This document shows, piece by piece, positions 1 to 13,400 of a stretch of DNA of 64,000 bases. The notes beneath the pieces were generated by a model. It was not told the origin of the DNA. It did no database searches and worked only from the letters and a program-made list of their open reading frames with translations. The translations under genes were made by a program, and so were the position numbers. How positions within the stretch are numbered: position 1 is the stretch's first letter; every line of letters starts with the position of its first letter. The stretch is from Octopus sinensis (lineage: Eukaryota). The DNA is taken from contig NC_043011.1 of assembly GCF_006345805.1 (NCBI RefSeq), forward strand, positions 67,592,464 to 67,656,463, read 5' to 3'.

Positions 1-511
1 ATTTACCGCCTCTAGTTAGGTATTTTTCATAGTCGCACCAAGACACTTTTCGATGGGGCTTTCCTCCAGGTGTTCAAATCTTTTTTTCTCTATATTGTAT
101 ACTTTATAGACAATAGTCTTTTCTTTAATTTAATTTTTTATTTCTTTTGGTAGTGTTATCCTAGATTCACCGTCTTTGTCGGTGATCAATCTGTATTTCT
201 TCCATTTTAATTTCAATGAGTTCGCGCCCGCTGACGGCTGCAGCGAAATTCATTTTTGACTTTCTTCTATCGAAGGCATTCCAACAAAAATGTTTCCGTG
301 TAAACGGTGAAAATATTGTCAATTTCCCCAAACAGGGACACAATTCAATTTTTAAACAATAACCAAAGCTCCTTCTCCCAAAAGGGGAGGGTTACAGTTT
401 ACAATTATTTAACAAATGCAACACAACAATGTTTCCTTTACGAGGAACCAAGAAACGTGATAACAATAGTTAAACAGTAATAATAATAACAACAAACCTT
501 ACGATGAGTCA
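1..511 (-). mobile_element. 5' part (5'UTR and ORF1 start) of a decayed Tx1/L1-type LINE, running off the window edge
   Basis: Minus strand reads NFAAAVSG...IKEKTIVYKVYNIEKKRFEHLEESPIEKCLG, matching ORF1 at 54934 (SFSAAVGG...IKAKIVVYKVYSNKEKK...IVEKCLC). The 5' end TGACTCATCGTAAGG resembles TGACTCGTCTAGGG at 54698. Confidence 0.7.
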
Positions 512-879
512 GAAAGCAGTTGAAGCTTTAGTCCTTTATGTATAAGAAATAAACCAACAGCAGTATTCTGTAGGAGCGACTGTTCGAGAAAACAGATATT
601 ACATACAGCCAAACTTCATATACATACTTAATGCTAGCTAATTAGCAGATAATCTAACGTAAAAGCACAGCTCCATCAGGACTATTCCATTTCTGCACGC
701 TAATTTTATTTTAAATTTATTCCCATTCATGTGAAGCCACTTATTCAAGTTCAAGTCATTGATGCAATTTTATACCAATTGCTATTTTTACTTTTGTTAT
801 GTTACGATTATATTATACTTTAGTTTAATTTTAATTATTACTTACTACATATAATTCAATTGTTATTATTATTTTTATT

Positions 880-1140
880 GTTAAAGTGAAAGCATCTGAC
901 ATAAAATAGAGAAATATTTTTGTTTCACTTTTAACACTGAAATAGTGGAGAAGATATGATATTGCTATGGGCTCGCTCTAGGCAAGAAGTTGAACATTTT
1001 GTTTTGCCCATAAAACTACAAGGACCCTAAGTAAGGCATGTGTAAAATTTGAATGAAATTGGTTGTGTAGTTCTCAAGTTTTAGGGAAACACACAGACAG
1101 ACAGACAGACACACATTCTCAGTTTTATATATATATATAT
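880..1140 (-). mobile_element. Helitron-like non-autonomous element, 5' portion
   Basis: Minus strand begins TATATATAAAACTGAGAATGTGTGTCTGTCTGTCTG, similar to the starts of the elements at 27790 and 28390. Confidence 0.45.
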
Positions 1141-1839
1141 ATCATTAAGGAGAGGAGAAAACAAGGTGAAAAGCCGATCTATATATTCATTTTATCCATA
1201 TTAGCGATATTCTCTATAATATACAAAGTACAGATACAGATACATTCATTCATATGATATATAAACATTCCTAAGAATTTATAAATACATACATATACAC
1301 GAAAACTTATAAATATATAAGAATTCATACACATAAAAGATCTATAAACACATAAAAATTCATAAATGTATAAGTGTAAGCCCATAAAAGTACTTGCGAA
1401 GTCCGAATGAAGAGGGTGATAAAGTGTGTGCATTTTCTTTAATTTCTTGTATATATACACACACATATGTGTGTGTGTGTATGCGCGCGCGCGCGCGTGT
1501 GTGTGTATTAAAATGTAAGTAAAGCTGATATCTGTTGTTATCTGTTATCTGCCGGCTTTTTGTTTGTTTGTTTTTCTGGGTAAAGTTCGGCCAAATTTAA
1601 TAAAACCGACATTAATTTCTGAAAAGAGTCCAACCAGCTTGAGAGCCTGTATATAGACGCTCAACAAGCTAAAAGTAGTAGCCAAATCTCCTTCAAATGA
1701 TACAAATCCTGAAGTACAAGTTAGAGGATGACGTGCCTGTTGTGAGCTGCTTAGCAGGCAAAAGTAAAAAAGAGGCTGGATGATCACGAGTGGAAAGCGT
1801 TTACCCATAAATATATTCGTTTAGCTAAACAACAACAGT

Positions 1840-2078
1840 GGAGGCGCGTGGCTTAGTGGTTAGGGTGTCAGCATCATGATCGTAAGATTGTGGTTTCGAT
1901 TCCTGAACCGGGCGATGCGTTGTGTTCTTGAGCAAAAGACTTTATTTCACTTTGCACCATTTCACTCAGCTGGCAAAAATGAGTAACGCTGCGATGATGG
2001 TATGTGGGGAAGGCATACGCCATTGAAACCGGGAAACCGGGCCCGTGAGCCTGGCTAGGCTTTAAAAGGGCGCATTTA
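1840..2078 (+). mobile_element. tRNA-derived SINE
   Basis: A-box-like TGGCTTAGTGG and B-box-like GGTTTCGATTCC, followed by a TTGTGTTCTTGAGCAAAAGACTTTATTTCAC body. Confidence 0.75.
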
Positions 2079-2373
2079 TTATTATTTAAACATCTTCTCG
2101 ATTGTTTGCTCTCTTACAAAAGACATTAGTAGGAACAAGTATAAAACTTTGAAAATACTAACCTTTCCTTCGAGATATGTGTGGCGGGATATGAGGAGGC
2201 GATGACGTTCACTGCTCTCAATGTAGATCCGGTACTGTACAAGGATGTTCCGTATAAGGGAGTGACTTTTGAAGTGCAGCACTTGTTGGGAGAACAACAA
2301 CAACAACAACAACTGAAGCAACAACAAAAAGCTTCGACACAATAATGGCATCTATCGCTACTAATCATCATCA

Positions 2374-2684
2374 TGGTGGTGGAGGTGGTGGTGGCAGTGG
2401 TGATGGTGGTGGTGGTGTGATAATGGCGGTGGTGGAGGTGGTGGTGCGGTGGTGGCGGTGATAACGGTGGTGGTGGTGGTGCTGATGGTGGTGGTGGAGG
2501 TGGTGGTAGCGGTGGTGATGGTGATAATGGTGGTGGTGGTGGTGCTGATGGTGGTGGTGGTGTGTTAATGGCGGTGGTGGAGGTGGTGGTAGCGGTGGTG
2601 ATGGTGATAACGGTGGTGGCGGTGGTGGTGGTGGTGGTGATAATGGTGGAGGTGGTGGAGGTGGTGGTGGTGGAGGTGGTGGTT
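2374..2684. repeat. Degenerate (GGT)n microsatellite
   Basis: Seen directly. Confidence 0.95.
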
Positions 2685-3768
2685 ATTTCCTAGAATTGAT
2701 AAGCAATTGTTCATTTTCTTAGTTATTGATATTCTGAGATTAAGGTAGCTTTGATATCCTTTTTGTTTTGTTTGTTTGTTTTTCAGATAACAGGTAAACA
2801 GGTAAACAGGTAAGATTTATTCACACACAGTGTTAAGCATTTCCAAGAACGCCATATTTCTTTTCTCTTTTGTTTTGTTTTAATATGTGTTTTTGTTTGT
2901 TGTTATTTATTTATTGTTTGCTTTGTTGTTTTTGTTTGTTTTTTTCTTTTTTGGTCCACTTGAAATTCGTAAATCAAGCTGTAGACTGACAACGACAACA
3001 ACAACAACAACGAATTCAAAGATATTGACATTGATAACAACAACCACAACGAAAACGCCCAGCTACAGCAACACTGAGGCCCATTGCGGTGGAGTGGTGT
3101 GACAGCAAGTGCCGCTGGCCATTTTCAGCGGCAATGCCATTGCAGTCCTGATCGCGGGTCACGACTGAGGCAAAGTTGGTCTGGGTTGGGGTGTGACCCG
3201 TCGCCCTTCCCTCTCCGTCTTCCACTGCTGTGCAAACCCCATCCCACCCCACTACTCTTCTTTTCTCCTTTCTTTGCATTTTTTAATCTTTTTTGGATTT
3301 CTGTAATAAAAATCACCATCAACACAACGGCAACAACAACAACAACAGCAGCAGCAGCAGCAGCAATCCGTCGATGCTCTCGGTGTCAGGGGTTGACCGC
3401 CTTTCTCTTCTGCGGGTCTTACGAATAGCAAAGGACCACGTTTCGGACTTCTCCCATCTTGCGAGCTCTGGGGCGAAGACCGTTCGCTCAACAGCAACAA
3501 CAACAACAATAACATCAGCCACGGCAACCACAACAGCAATATTCAACAATTGATGGAAACAAAAAGAAAACAACACATCAACAACAACATAACAAAAACC
3601 AAAATGAACGCGATTAGCTGCCCCTTTGCCGCTCCCTAAATTTATTGTAATTACGGTCAAATTAGTAATTTCCTGTAAATAACGAAGATTAAACAAGGAT
3701 ATAGAGATTGCATTAATTAGGACAGTAGAAAGACAAGGGAAAAATATACATCCTCTTTATTTTTACTC

Positions 3769-3820
<52 letters not shown>

Positions 3821-3871
3821 GTAATTGTTATTGTTATTGTAATTGTTATTGTTATTGTAATTATTATTATT

Positions 3872-6800
3872 TTTTTTCTTCTTTCAAATTTGCTTCCATT
3901 TCTTGCCGAGTGTCTTCCCGACTCCTAGGGCAAAGAAACTCATAGTATACATTGGTAGGCCATTAAACCAAACTCAATAGTTCGTTCATTAAAATTTTTT
4001 TTTTTTTTTAAGTTAAATTAAAATACATGAGTAGTAATAGTTCTCACAACGACAATGCTCTTCTCAATACGTGTGATGTACCAGTTAAGACAATCTTTTG
4101 CACTTCTTGCAGGGATGGTAAGCCAGGGATCATTCTCATATAATTTTCGGTTACCTTCTTGATCATTCCTAGTGCTCCTACGATCACTGGTATTGTAACC
4201 GCCTTGAGATGCCACATTTTCTCAATTTCAATGAGTAGGTCTTTATATTTTCTGAGCTTGTCAAACTCTTTCGCTGAGATATTATGATCACAGGGGGTGC
4301 TCATGTCGATCAGTAAACAAACTTTATTGTTTTGGTCTTTCACAACAATATCTGGTTTATTGGCCTTGATGGTTTGGTCTGTATGTACTGGAAAGTCCCA
4401 CAGAATGGTTACATTTTCTCCTTCAGTTACAGCCTCAGGGTGGTGATTATACCACTTGTCGGCAGTTTTGATATTGTAATGCCGACTTATTAGCCAGTGG
4501 AGATATTGGCCAACTCTGTCATGTCTTAATTTATACTCCACTGGCGCTAAGACTTTACATCCAGAGATTAGGTGGTCCACTGTTTCAATCATGTCGTTGC
4601 AGAATCGGCATTTTGGTTCTGCTCCATTTTTCATCACATTGGCCTGGTAGTTCCGGGTTAATAGGCTTTGATCTTGAGCAGCCAGGATGAAACCTTCACT
4701 CTCTGCTTTTAGCTCTGAGCTCCGTAGGCACTGATGGGTTTGCTTCTGGTCAACATCAGCTTGTTTGCTGCGGGCCACATATTTGCCGTGCAGAGGTTTC
4801 TCCTCCCACCTATCAGCCAATTGCTCGTGCGCTTTTTTCGTTGCCATTATTTTTACCCTCTTTGCAACAATAGTTGCCGTACTTCCCTCGGGTTGTTCAG
4901 TTTGGGTATCCTGCACGAGACCAATAGCAAATTTTTTGCTTTCCTTTATGATAGAATGAAGCTTCTTTCGTCTCTCGTGATTTTCCACGAGCTTTAGCAT
5001 CCAGTCATTCGTTATTTCGAGATATTTGGCTAGTCCAATTGTGGTTGTTTTGTAAGCTAGTTCAAATTGGATCAGGCCTCGACCTCCTTGGGCTCTGGGA
5101 AAGTAAAGGCGATCTACGTCTGCCTTTGGGTGGTGCATCCTATTGCAACTCAGCAGCTTGCGTATTTTCCTATCTATATTCTTCACTCATATTCCAGTTC
5201 AACACATTGTAGCTATAAGTAACAACTGGAACTGCTAAGGAATTTATAGCTAACACCTTGTTACGTGCATTTAGTTCAGATTTCAGGACTGCACGAACTC
5301 TCCTATAACATTCCTTCCTGATTTTCTCTTTCATGCTTGCATGCTGAATACCAAAGCCTTCATTTATCCCTAAATATTTGTATGTTTGTTCTTGCTCAAG
5401 CTCTCTTATGACTGTGTCAACATCTAACACGACTGAATTTGTGGTCTTCACTTTCCCTTTCTGGAAAGGGGCCTTGGCACACTTCTCAAGTCCAAACTCC
5501 ATCCCGATGTCATCGCTGAATGCTTTCACAGTGCGCAATAGGCCTTCAAGTTCATTATTGTCTTTACCATAGAGTTTTAAGTCATCCATATAAAATAGAT
5601 GGCTTATTTTTTTATTGGCAATTTTATACCCATACTCTGTTCTGTTTAATTCACTTGTAAGGGGTATTAGGGCTATGCAGAATATTAAAGGTGAAAGTGA
5701 GTCACCTTGAAAAATTCCACAGTTGATGTTTATATTTTCTGAGGCAAGTACTCCATTAGAGTGGTATAATTGGAGATTCGTATTCCACAACGACATATTG
5801 TGCTTAAGGAAGTTTGAAATCACAGGGGAAATTTTGAAGATGTCCAGCGATCTCAAGATCCATGGATGCGGTATACTGTCGAAGGCCTTTTTATAGTCAA
5901 TCCATGCGGAGCTGAGATTTCTGCGCTTGTTGTGACAGTTCTCAAGGATCATACGATTAATTAGCAGTTGATCTTTGCATCCGTAAGAGCCTCGGCGGCA
6001 CCCTTAGTGTTCGATGGGGAAAATATCGTTCTTCTCCATGAATGCATATGTTTTCTCCGCCAGGATAGATGTTAGGATTTTATACGTGGTGGATAGACAG
6101 GTTATAGGCCGATAGTTTTTTGGAAGGTTGGTTTCGTTATTCTTTGGGAGTAGGTAAGTAATACCACTTGCTAACCATTCAGGTGTTTTCTTTGGATCTC
6201 TCATAATTCCATTGAGCAGCTGAACTAGCTTACCGTGTGCGGATGGGAGCGATGCAAGACAGAAATTCGGGTTCCTATCTTTACCGGGGGATTTCCAATT
6301 ATGGGCCTTCGTGAGTGCCTTTCTTAGGTCTGCTATTGTGATGTCTTCCCATGCTTGTTGTAAATTTTGGTAGGATCCTTCTGTTTGTATAATCCAGTCT
6401 GCATTTATGTTGTACGTCTTCTTGTCACTCCAAATCCTTTTCCAAAAGTTTTGAACTTCTTCCATGGGAGGGGGGTCTTTAACGGTTACTTTCTCCTTCC
6501 CTATTTCTCTGTAGAATTTTTTGGCATTGGATGTGAACAGCTTATTTTGCTTGTAAAACTTGTTTCTCTTCTCAAATCTTCGTATTCTTTGGGCTTTTGC
6601 TTGGACTTTTTGTTTCAGCGTTTCTTTTATTGATATCAGTTCTTCTGTTGGTGAGGATCCAAATTTTCTCTTCATCTTTCTTCTTGTTCTGGATCTTACA
6701 TCATTTCCACATATTAGTTCATTTAATATTGATATTTCCCATCTCATAAATTCAATCTCTTTTTCAATTTTACTTCTCCAGGTTTGATTTCTTCCCAGGT

Positions 6801-7815
6801 TTGGTTTTCTTTGTTTTTTGGGGGGCATACAGTTGGTTTCAATTGCCCTAGCAGAAGCGTAAATAATTTCATTTAACTCAGTAAAATCAGGTTTTAATTC
6901 TTGAATTATTTCATTTGTTACATAGTTGCCAATTTTGATTTTTTTAAATTTTGGTTTGTATTTGAGAGTTTATGAAGTGGTTCTCTATCATTCATACTTG
7001 TATGTCTTACAACTTCAAGCGTATTCACGATTTTCTGCCTCATTTCTGCCATAGACTCTCTGTGTTCTTCAGCAAATGCGAGATCTTCAGTTACTGTTGT
7101 TTTATCATTTTCCTGACTCTCTTTAACAGGTACAATAGAATTTCTTGTATCTTCAGGCCTTTGCGTACTTTGGTCAGATGGCAGTCTTTCAATTAAGCCT
7201 CGTGCCGGGCTATACTGTTCATCTGATTCTTCATTTCCTTTGTGTCTTATATTTATGTCATTTCCCGTTGCGTGCTTGATCGCGCTTATTTCACTGTCTG
7301 TGAGTCTGTTATTTCTAAGGATATCCCTCCTCACATTTGCTAATTTGTTCTCGTCCAAATAGGGCCTACTGTCTTGATTCCGTGTTCTCCATATACTGTA
7401 AGAGTTTGCGGTGTGTCTCTCTTGAGATGGCCTACCTAATGCATAGTAATAAGCGTATATTACTTCTTTATACTCTTCTCCGGTCCATTTGTTCCGCTTA
7501 CATTTTTCTTTCTGTGGTGGTTGTGGTGGTGAACTTGGAGGGCTCGAGTTGGGGGATTTCCCGTTCAAGTGACCATCCATGTCCGTATTCGGAGAAAAGT
7601 TTGTGCCAGTTGATGACTTTTCGATCCCAGGCTGGCTCTTCCCTGGGGGACGCGCTTCCAGATTAACCATAGGACAAGCGATTTGGTATACTGATTTAGT
7701 TTTCCTTTTAGTTTCCAAAAACATTTTGGTGCTACGATAATATTATCATTTTTGAGCTTTGATTGGCTCGTGGGGAGACGGCCATCATTGCAATTATAAT
7801 CGTACCATTATAGTC
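3872..7815 (-). mobile_element. Near full-length R4/Dong-clade non-LTR retrotransposon (RT + CCHC + restriction-like endonuclease), disrupted
   Basis: ORF pieces 6918-7724, 6004-6828, 5170-5952 (GIFQGDSLSP, YMDD) and 4044-5186 (CRFC..ETVDHLISGC, RHD, KPDIVV..LIDM..KY). The 3' end runs into a (TAA)n tract at 3769-3871. Confidence 0.93.
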
Positions 7816-8346
7816 GGCTTATTATTGTTATTATCATCACCATTATTATCACTATCATCATTATCACCACCATTACAATCATCATTATCATCATCACCAT
7901 CACCATCACCATCGTCATCATCATCATCATCAATGATATTGTTTTATGTGTAGTCACAGCAGTATCTTATTATTGTTATTTTTGTTTTTTATCATTATCA
8001 CCATCACAGTAGTGTCTGTCTGTCTCGTTGGCTGGCTTGGTGTTTGGCTGGCTTGGTGTTTGGCTGGCTGACTGTCTTCAACCCAGAGTTCTTGCCTGTC
8101 AAATAATACTTTCATATCTGGTTAACAATAGAGCCGAGGTGAGGTTTGTGTTGGTTGAACTCTTTGAGTGTGTGTGTGTGTGTGTGTAGATAGATAAATA
8201 GATTATCAGCACTATTACTATCATTATTATCATCATCACCATCATCACCATCACCATCAGTGATATTTTTTTTATATTTTAGGTGGGGTTCTATCGGTCA
8301 AAAAAAGTTCAAATGTTTACTACTATTAGCCTTAAGAAAAATTAAG

Positions 8347-8946
8347 GAAGGGCTGTTCTGTATTGTTTGTGAATAGAGAAGTTGTGTCCGACCAGAGAGA
8401 ATCTTAGCATCATTATTTTTTTCCATGTGCGTTTGTGTTATTGCAATAAAAAGTGTTTGTATATTTCGTGTAAGGTAATATTGTGGAGGTTGAAGTTGAC
8501 TTTTCTAGAGATGTTTGTATGTCCAGTTAGAAGAACAGGTGTGTTTTTGCAATAAAAAGTATGTTTACATTTATATTTGAATATTCAGGGAGGAAGCAAA
8601 GAAAAGTCAGATTTTCATAGAAAGTTTTAGGGTTTTGTAAGTCCACAAAAAAAAGAAAAGCGTGATGTTTTTAGAGAGAAGGAAAAAAAAAAGGTTGTTT
8701 ACTGAGGCAATTGTGGGTATTAAAGTTTCTAAAGCTGGTCGAATGTATGATTGAAAACTGTAGATATGTAAATTTGTAAATTTCTCAACTTATTTTGAAG
8801 GCCTGCTCTGTACTATTTGTGAATAGAGAAGTTGTGCTCGACCAGAGAGAATCTCAGCATCATTACCCTTTCCATGTGCGTTTGTATTATTGCAATAAAA
8901 AGTGTTTGTACACTTCGTGCAAGGTAATATTGTGGAGGCCAAAGTT

Positions 8947-8947
<1 letters not shown>
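8347..8947 (+). repeat. Two diverged ~150-bp direct repeats (about 8347-8498 and 8797-8947)
   Basis: Both contain TTTGTGAATAGAGAAGTTGTG..GACCAGAGAGAATCT..TTGCAATAAAAAGTGTTTGTA..GGTAATATTGTGGAGG. Confidence 0.85.
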
Positions 8948-9008
<61 letters not shown>

Positions 9009-9010
9009 TA

Positions 9011-9067
<57 letters not shown>

Positions 9068-9127
9068 ATTATTATTATTATTAGTATTATTAGTATTATC
9101 ATTGTTGTTGTTATTATTATTATTATA

Positions 9128-9170
<43 letters not shown>

Positions 9171-9212
9171 ATTATTATTATTAATTATTATTATTATTAT
9201 TATTATTATTAA

Positions 9213-9257
<45 letters not shown>

Positions 9258-9291
9258 ATTATTATTATTAATTTTTATTATTATTATTATT
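8948..9291. repeat. (TTA)n microsatellite
   Basis: Seen directly. Confidence 0.97.
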
Positions 9292-9762
9292 GAGTGAGAG
9301 AGCATTGCATGCCATCAAAGTGACACTGGGGTAAAATATACGAAGCCCAATATACCCATCATGACTACCCGTCTGATAAAGGTACACCAGGCACATGCAT
9401 CACAACCATATGTGCGCGACATGGTGATCTCATATCAAGATAAACAGCACATGATCTTGCAGGTGGGGCCCAGTTAGAATTTTCTTCAGGTTGAGTAGCC
9501 CATCCCGCTCAAAAGGTCCCTGAATAAGGGTTGTTTAAGGATGTTGAAAGAACCACCCATGTTTCCAGAGGTGAATTATTCAAACCCCAAAGAATCCCTC
9601 TCAACACATGGCTATGATGCTCCCCCACTACTTCTGCTCGTGATCAGAGATGCACATATCGTCAGCCACTAAGGGACATGCTCAACTGGTTATGGTCAAA
9701 CAACTGACAAGCAAATCTGTGGTATTGAGCAGAATATTTGCTGTAGCCCATCTTTTATACCA
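9292..9762 (-). mobile_element. Non-coding retroposon in (TAA)n, 5'-truncated copy
   Basis: Nearly identical to 9785-10340 but lacks its distal ~85 bp. On the minus strand it ends ...CTCTCTCACTC(AAT)n. Confidence 0.75.
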
Positions 9763-9784
9763 TATTATTATTATTATTATTATT

Positions 9785-10339
9785 GAGTGAGAGAGCAGTT
9801 CATGCCATCAAAGTGACACTGGGGTAAAATATACGAAGCCCAATATACCCATCATGACTACCCGTCTGATAAAGGTACACCAGGCACATGCATCACAACC
9901 ATATGTGCGCGACATGGTGATCTCATATCAAGATAAACAGCACATGACCTTGCAGGTGGGGCCCAGTTAGAATTTTCTTCAGGTTGAGTAGCCCATCCCG
10001 CTCAAACGGTCCCTGAATAAGGGTTGTTTAAGGATGTTGAAAGAACCACCCATGTTTCCAGAGGTGAACTATTCAAACCCCAAAGAATCCCTCTCAACAC
10101 ATGGCTATGATGCTCCCCCACTACTTCTGCTCATGATCAGAGATGCACATATCGTCAGCCACTAAGGGACATGCTCAACTGGTTAAGGTCAAACAACTGA
10201 CAAGCAAATCTGTGGTATTGAGCAGAATATTTGCTGTAGCCCATCTTTTATACCAAGACAAAACAATGTACATGATAACACTTCCAATCAGTTAAGATCA
10301 GAAGCCATGAGAGCCACTGCCTGGTACTGCATCAGGGCA

Positions 10340-10340
<1 letters not shown>
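9785..10340 (-). mobile_element. Non-coding retroposon in (TAA)n, longer copy (~556 bp)
   Basis: Flanked by (TTA)n on both sides. No long ORF. Confidence 0.75.
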
Positions 10341-10428
<88 letters not shown>

Positions 10429-10431
<3 letters not shown>

Positions 10432-13400
10432 GTTTGACTTTTGCTTTATATTTGTACAAGTTGGCTCCAAGTCTCACCCAGAGACCTCAAGAGACAACAG
10501 GTTGGAAGTTCACGTTGTTGTTATGCCTAGTGTGCCATATATTTGGGGTTTTTTGGTGTTGTACTAGTGAATGTCTAATAAATAAATAAATAAAAAATAA
10601 ATATTTAAAAAAAAATAAAATAAAAATTGTTTGTTTTAAACCTTGAGTTTACATAGAAAGTATTTTGGGTAGGATATGAGCAGTTCCCATGAGCACTATC
10701 TTTTGAATTTCTGCCATTTTGGGGTTTCCTGGTATCTGAGTTAGGTAGCAATCAGCCCATTTTGCAATCATTCCCAGGGCACCTATGACAACAGATATTG
10801 TTTTAGTCTTCAGGTTCCACATTTTGCTGATTTCTATTTCAAGATCTTTATATTTGCTCAGTTTTTGGTAGGTCTTGACAGATACGTTTATATCGATTGG
10901 GACAGTCATATCAATGAGGAGGCATGTTCTTTGTCTGAAGTCTTTCAATATGATGTCTGACCTATTTGCATCTATCTTCCTGTCAGTTTGAATGGTGAAG
11001 TTCCAGAGGAGTGAGATGTGGTCATTTTCAAGCACTGGAGGTGGTTTGTGTTCCCACCAGTTTTTTTCATGGGGCTAATCCAGGTTTTTGCAAATTACCC
11101 AGTGAATATATTGTGCAGCTCTATCATGCCTGTTGAGATACTCTGTAGGCGCTAGAAGACTGCACATGGAGACATAATCAATGGTTTCATTTTGTTGTTG
11201 ATATACACGACATGTTGGGCTACTGCCGTTCTTTAATATGTTGGCCAGGTAGTTTCTTGTTGGTAGGCATTGATCTGGAGGCCATTAACCATTGATGGGT
11301 CAGGGCTTTGTCAATATCTGCATTATTCACTCTTTTTGGGTAATTGCCAAAGAGAGGTTTTTCTTGCAATTTATCATTCAGAATATCTAAGGCCGCAGTT
11401 TTAGCACGGGTTTTCATGCATTTAGCATTTTCTGTGCTTGTTTCTTGTATGTCTATCTCTAATTCCGAGATTTGTTGTATTCGGAATTCACTTAGATATT
11501 CCTTTGCCTGTTTTGTTACTGAGTATGATGCTTTCTTGTTTTCATGTTTTGAGACAAGTTTTAACATCCAGTCCTCAGACTTTTTCAGGTAGGTGTCTAG
11601 GCCAATTGTAGCAATCTTCATTGTTATTGCCAGTTGTGAAAGTCCACAGCATCCCTCTTTCCTTGGCAGATAAAGTCGTTCGATATCTGCCTTAGGGTGG
11701 TGCATTCTATGCATTGTCAACAGTTTTCTTATTTTTCTGTCGAGCTTACATATTTCAGTAATTGACCAGTTAACGATATTGAAACTGTATGTCACGACTG
11801 GTATGGCTAATGCATTGATTGCTTTGATCCTGTTTCTTGCATTCAGCTCTGCCTTGAGTATTGCTCTTACTCTGCGATAACATTCTCTCCTGATCCTTTC
11901 CTTCATCACTGAATGCCTTATCCCGTTCCCTTCAATTACCCCTAGGTACTTGTGGCTCTCCGCTGGGTCTAGTTCTTTTATGACATTCTGCTGGTCAAGG
12001 TTAACGTTAGATGTTTCTGTCATTTTTCCTTTGATAAAGGTAGCTTATGCACATTTATCGAGGCCAAATTGCATTCTGATGTCGTCACTGAATTGTTTGA
12101 CTATCGCTTGTAAGCCCTTGAGTTGTTGGTCATTGTTTGCAAAAAGCTTTAAATCATCCATGTAAATGAGATGATTTATATTTTTATCAAACATTTTATA
12201 CCCGTACTGCGCGTCATCGAGCAGTTTTGAGAGAGGTATTAAGGCTAAGCAAAAGAGGAGTGGTGATAGTGAGTCACCCTGGAAAATGCCACACGAAATT
12301 TTTACATCACCATCATTTAAGGATTCATTGTCACTGTTCAAAGTTAGTGTGGTTCTCCATGATCTCATACTTACAGTCAAAAAGTTTCGCAGAGTAGGTG
12401 CTATCTTATTATCTCCAGGCATTTCTTGATCCAGCTATGTGGTAGGCTGTCAAAAGCCTTTTTATAGTCTATCCAGGCTATTGATAAGTTTTTGTGTCGT
12501 TTGTGACAATCTTCTAAGATCATCTTATTGATGAGTAGCTGACCTTTACAACCGTAAGATCCGCGTTTACATCCTTTCTGTTCATTAGGGAATATGCTGC
12601 TGTCTGTTAAAAAGCTATAAGTATATTCCGTCAGGACAGATGTTAGCGTTTTATACATAGTTGTTAAGCAGGTTATGGGTCTATAGTTTTTTGGCTCATT
12701 TGTTTCTTCACTTTTTGGAAGCAGGAATGTTAACCCATTAACTAGCCAAGGAGGCATCCTACTAGGGTGTTGCAAAACATCATTGTAAAGTTCTGTTAGC
12801 AGTTCATGGCTCTCTGGGAAGGCATTTAACCAGAAGTTAGGAATTTTATTCTTTCCTAGAGACTTCCATTTGCTTGACCTCTTGAGAGCAGATCTTATAT
12901 CTTCTACCTTGACACCCTCCCACTTTTGCTCTTTTAAGGAGTCCAGTTCTGTAGATATTCTATCAATCCAGGGGGCCTTTTCGTTGTGTGTTTTTTCTTC
13001 TGCCCAGATTTTATTCCAAAATCCCTGTACTTCTTCTTTTGATGGTACAGACTTTACAGTAACTGCTGTTTTTCCTATCTTCCAGTTTTGGGGTTATTTT
13101 TTAACATGTTGTTGTCCTTGAAAAATCTAACACGCTTTTCATACCTCGCTATGCGGGCAGCTTTAGCAGATACCTTTTGCTTGATGGTTTCTATGGTGGC
13201 ATCAATATCAAGTATAGTTTGCATATTATATTTTCTCAGTAATTTTGGTGTTTTTGTAGGTTTGGTAATCTTGTGAACATTAATGTTTTTCAAATATTCA
13301 ACCTCAGATCTAAATACTTTAATTTGTTGTTGCAAACGCTCTTGCCAAGAAGGCTTTTTGTGGGAATGTTGCCGTTTTCTAATCTTTACACCAATTAGGA

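Noticed and set aside
7724-7815. HDV-like ribozyme at the 5' end of the Dong element
   Set aside because: I could not build the nested double pseudoknot by eye.
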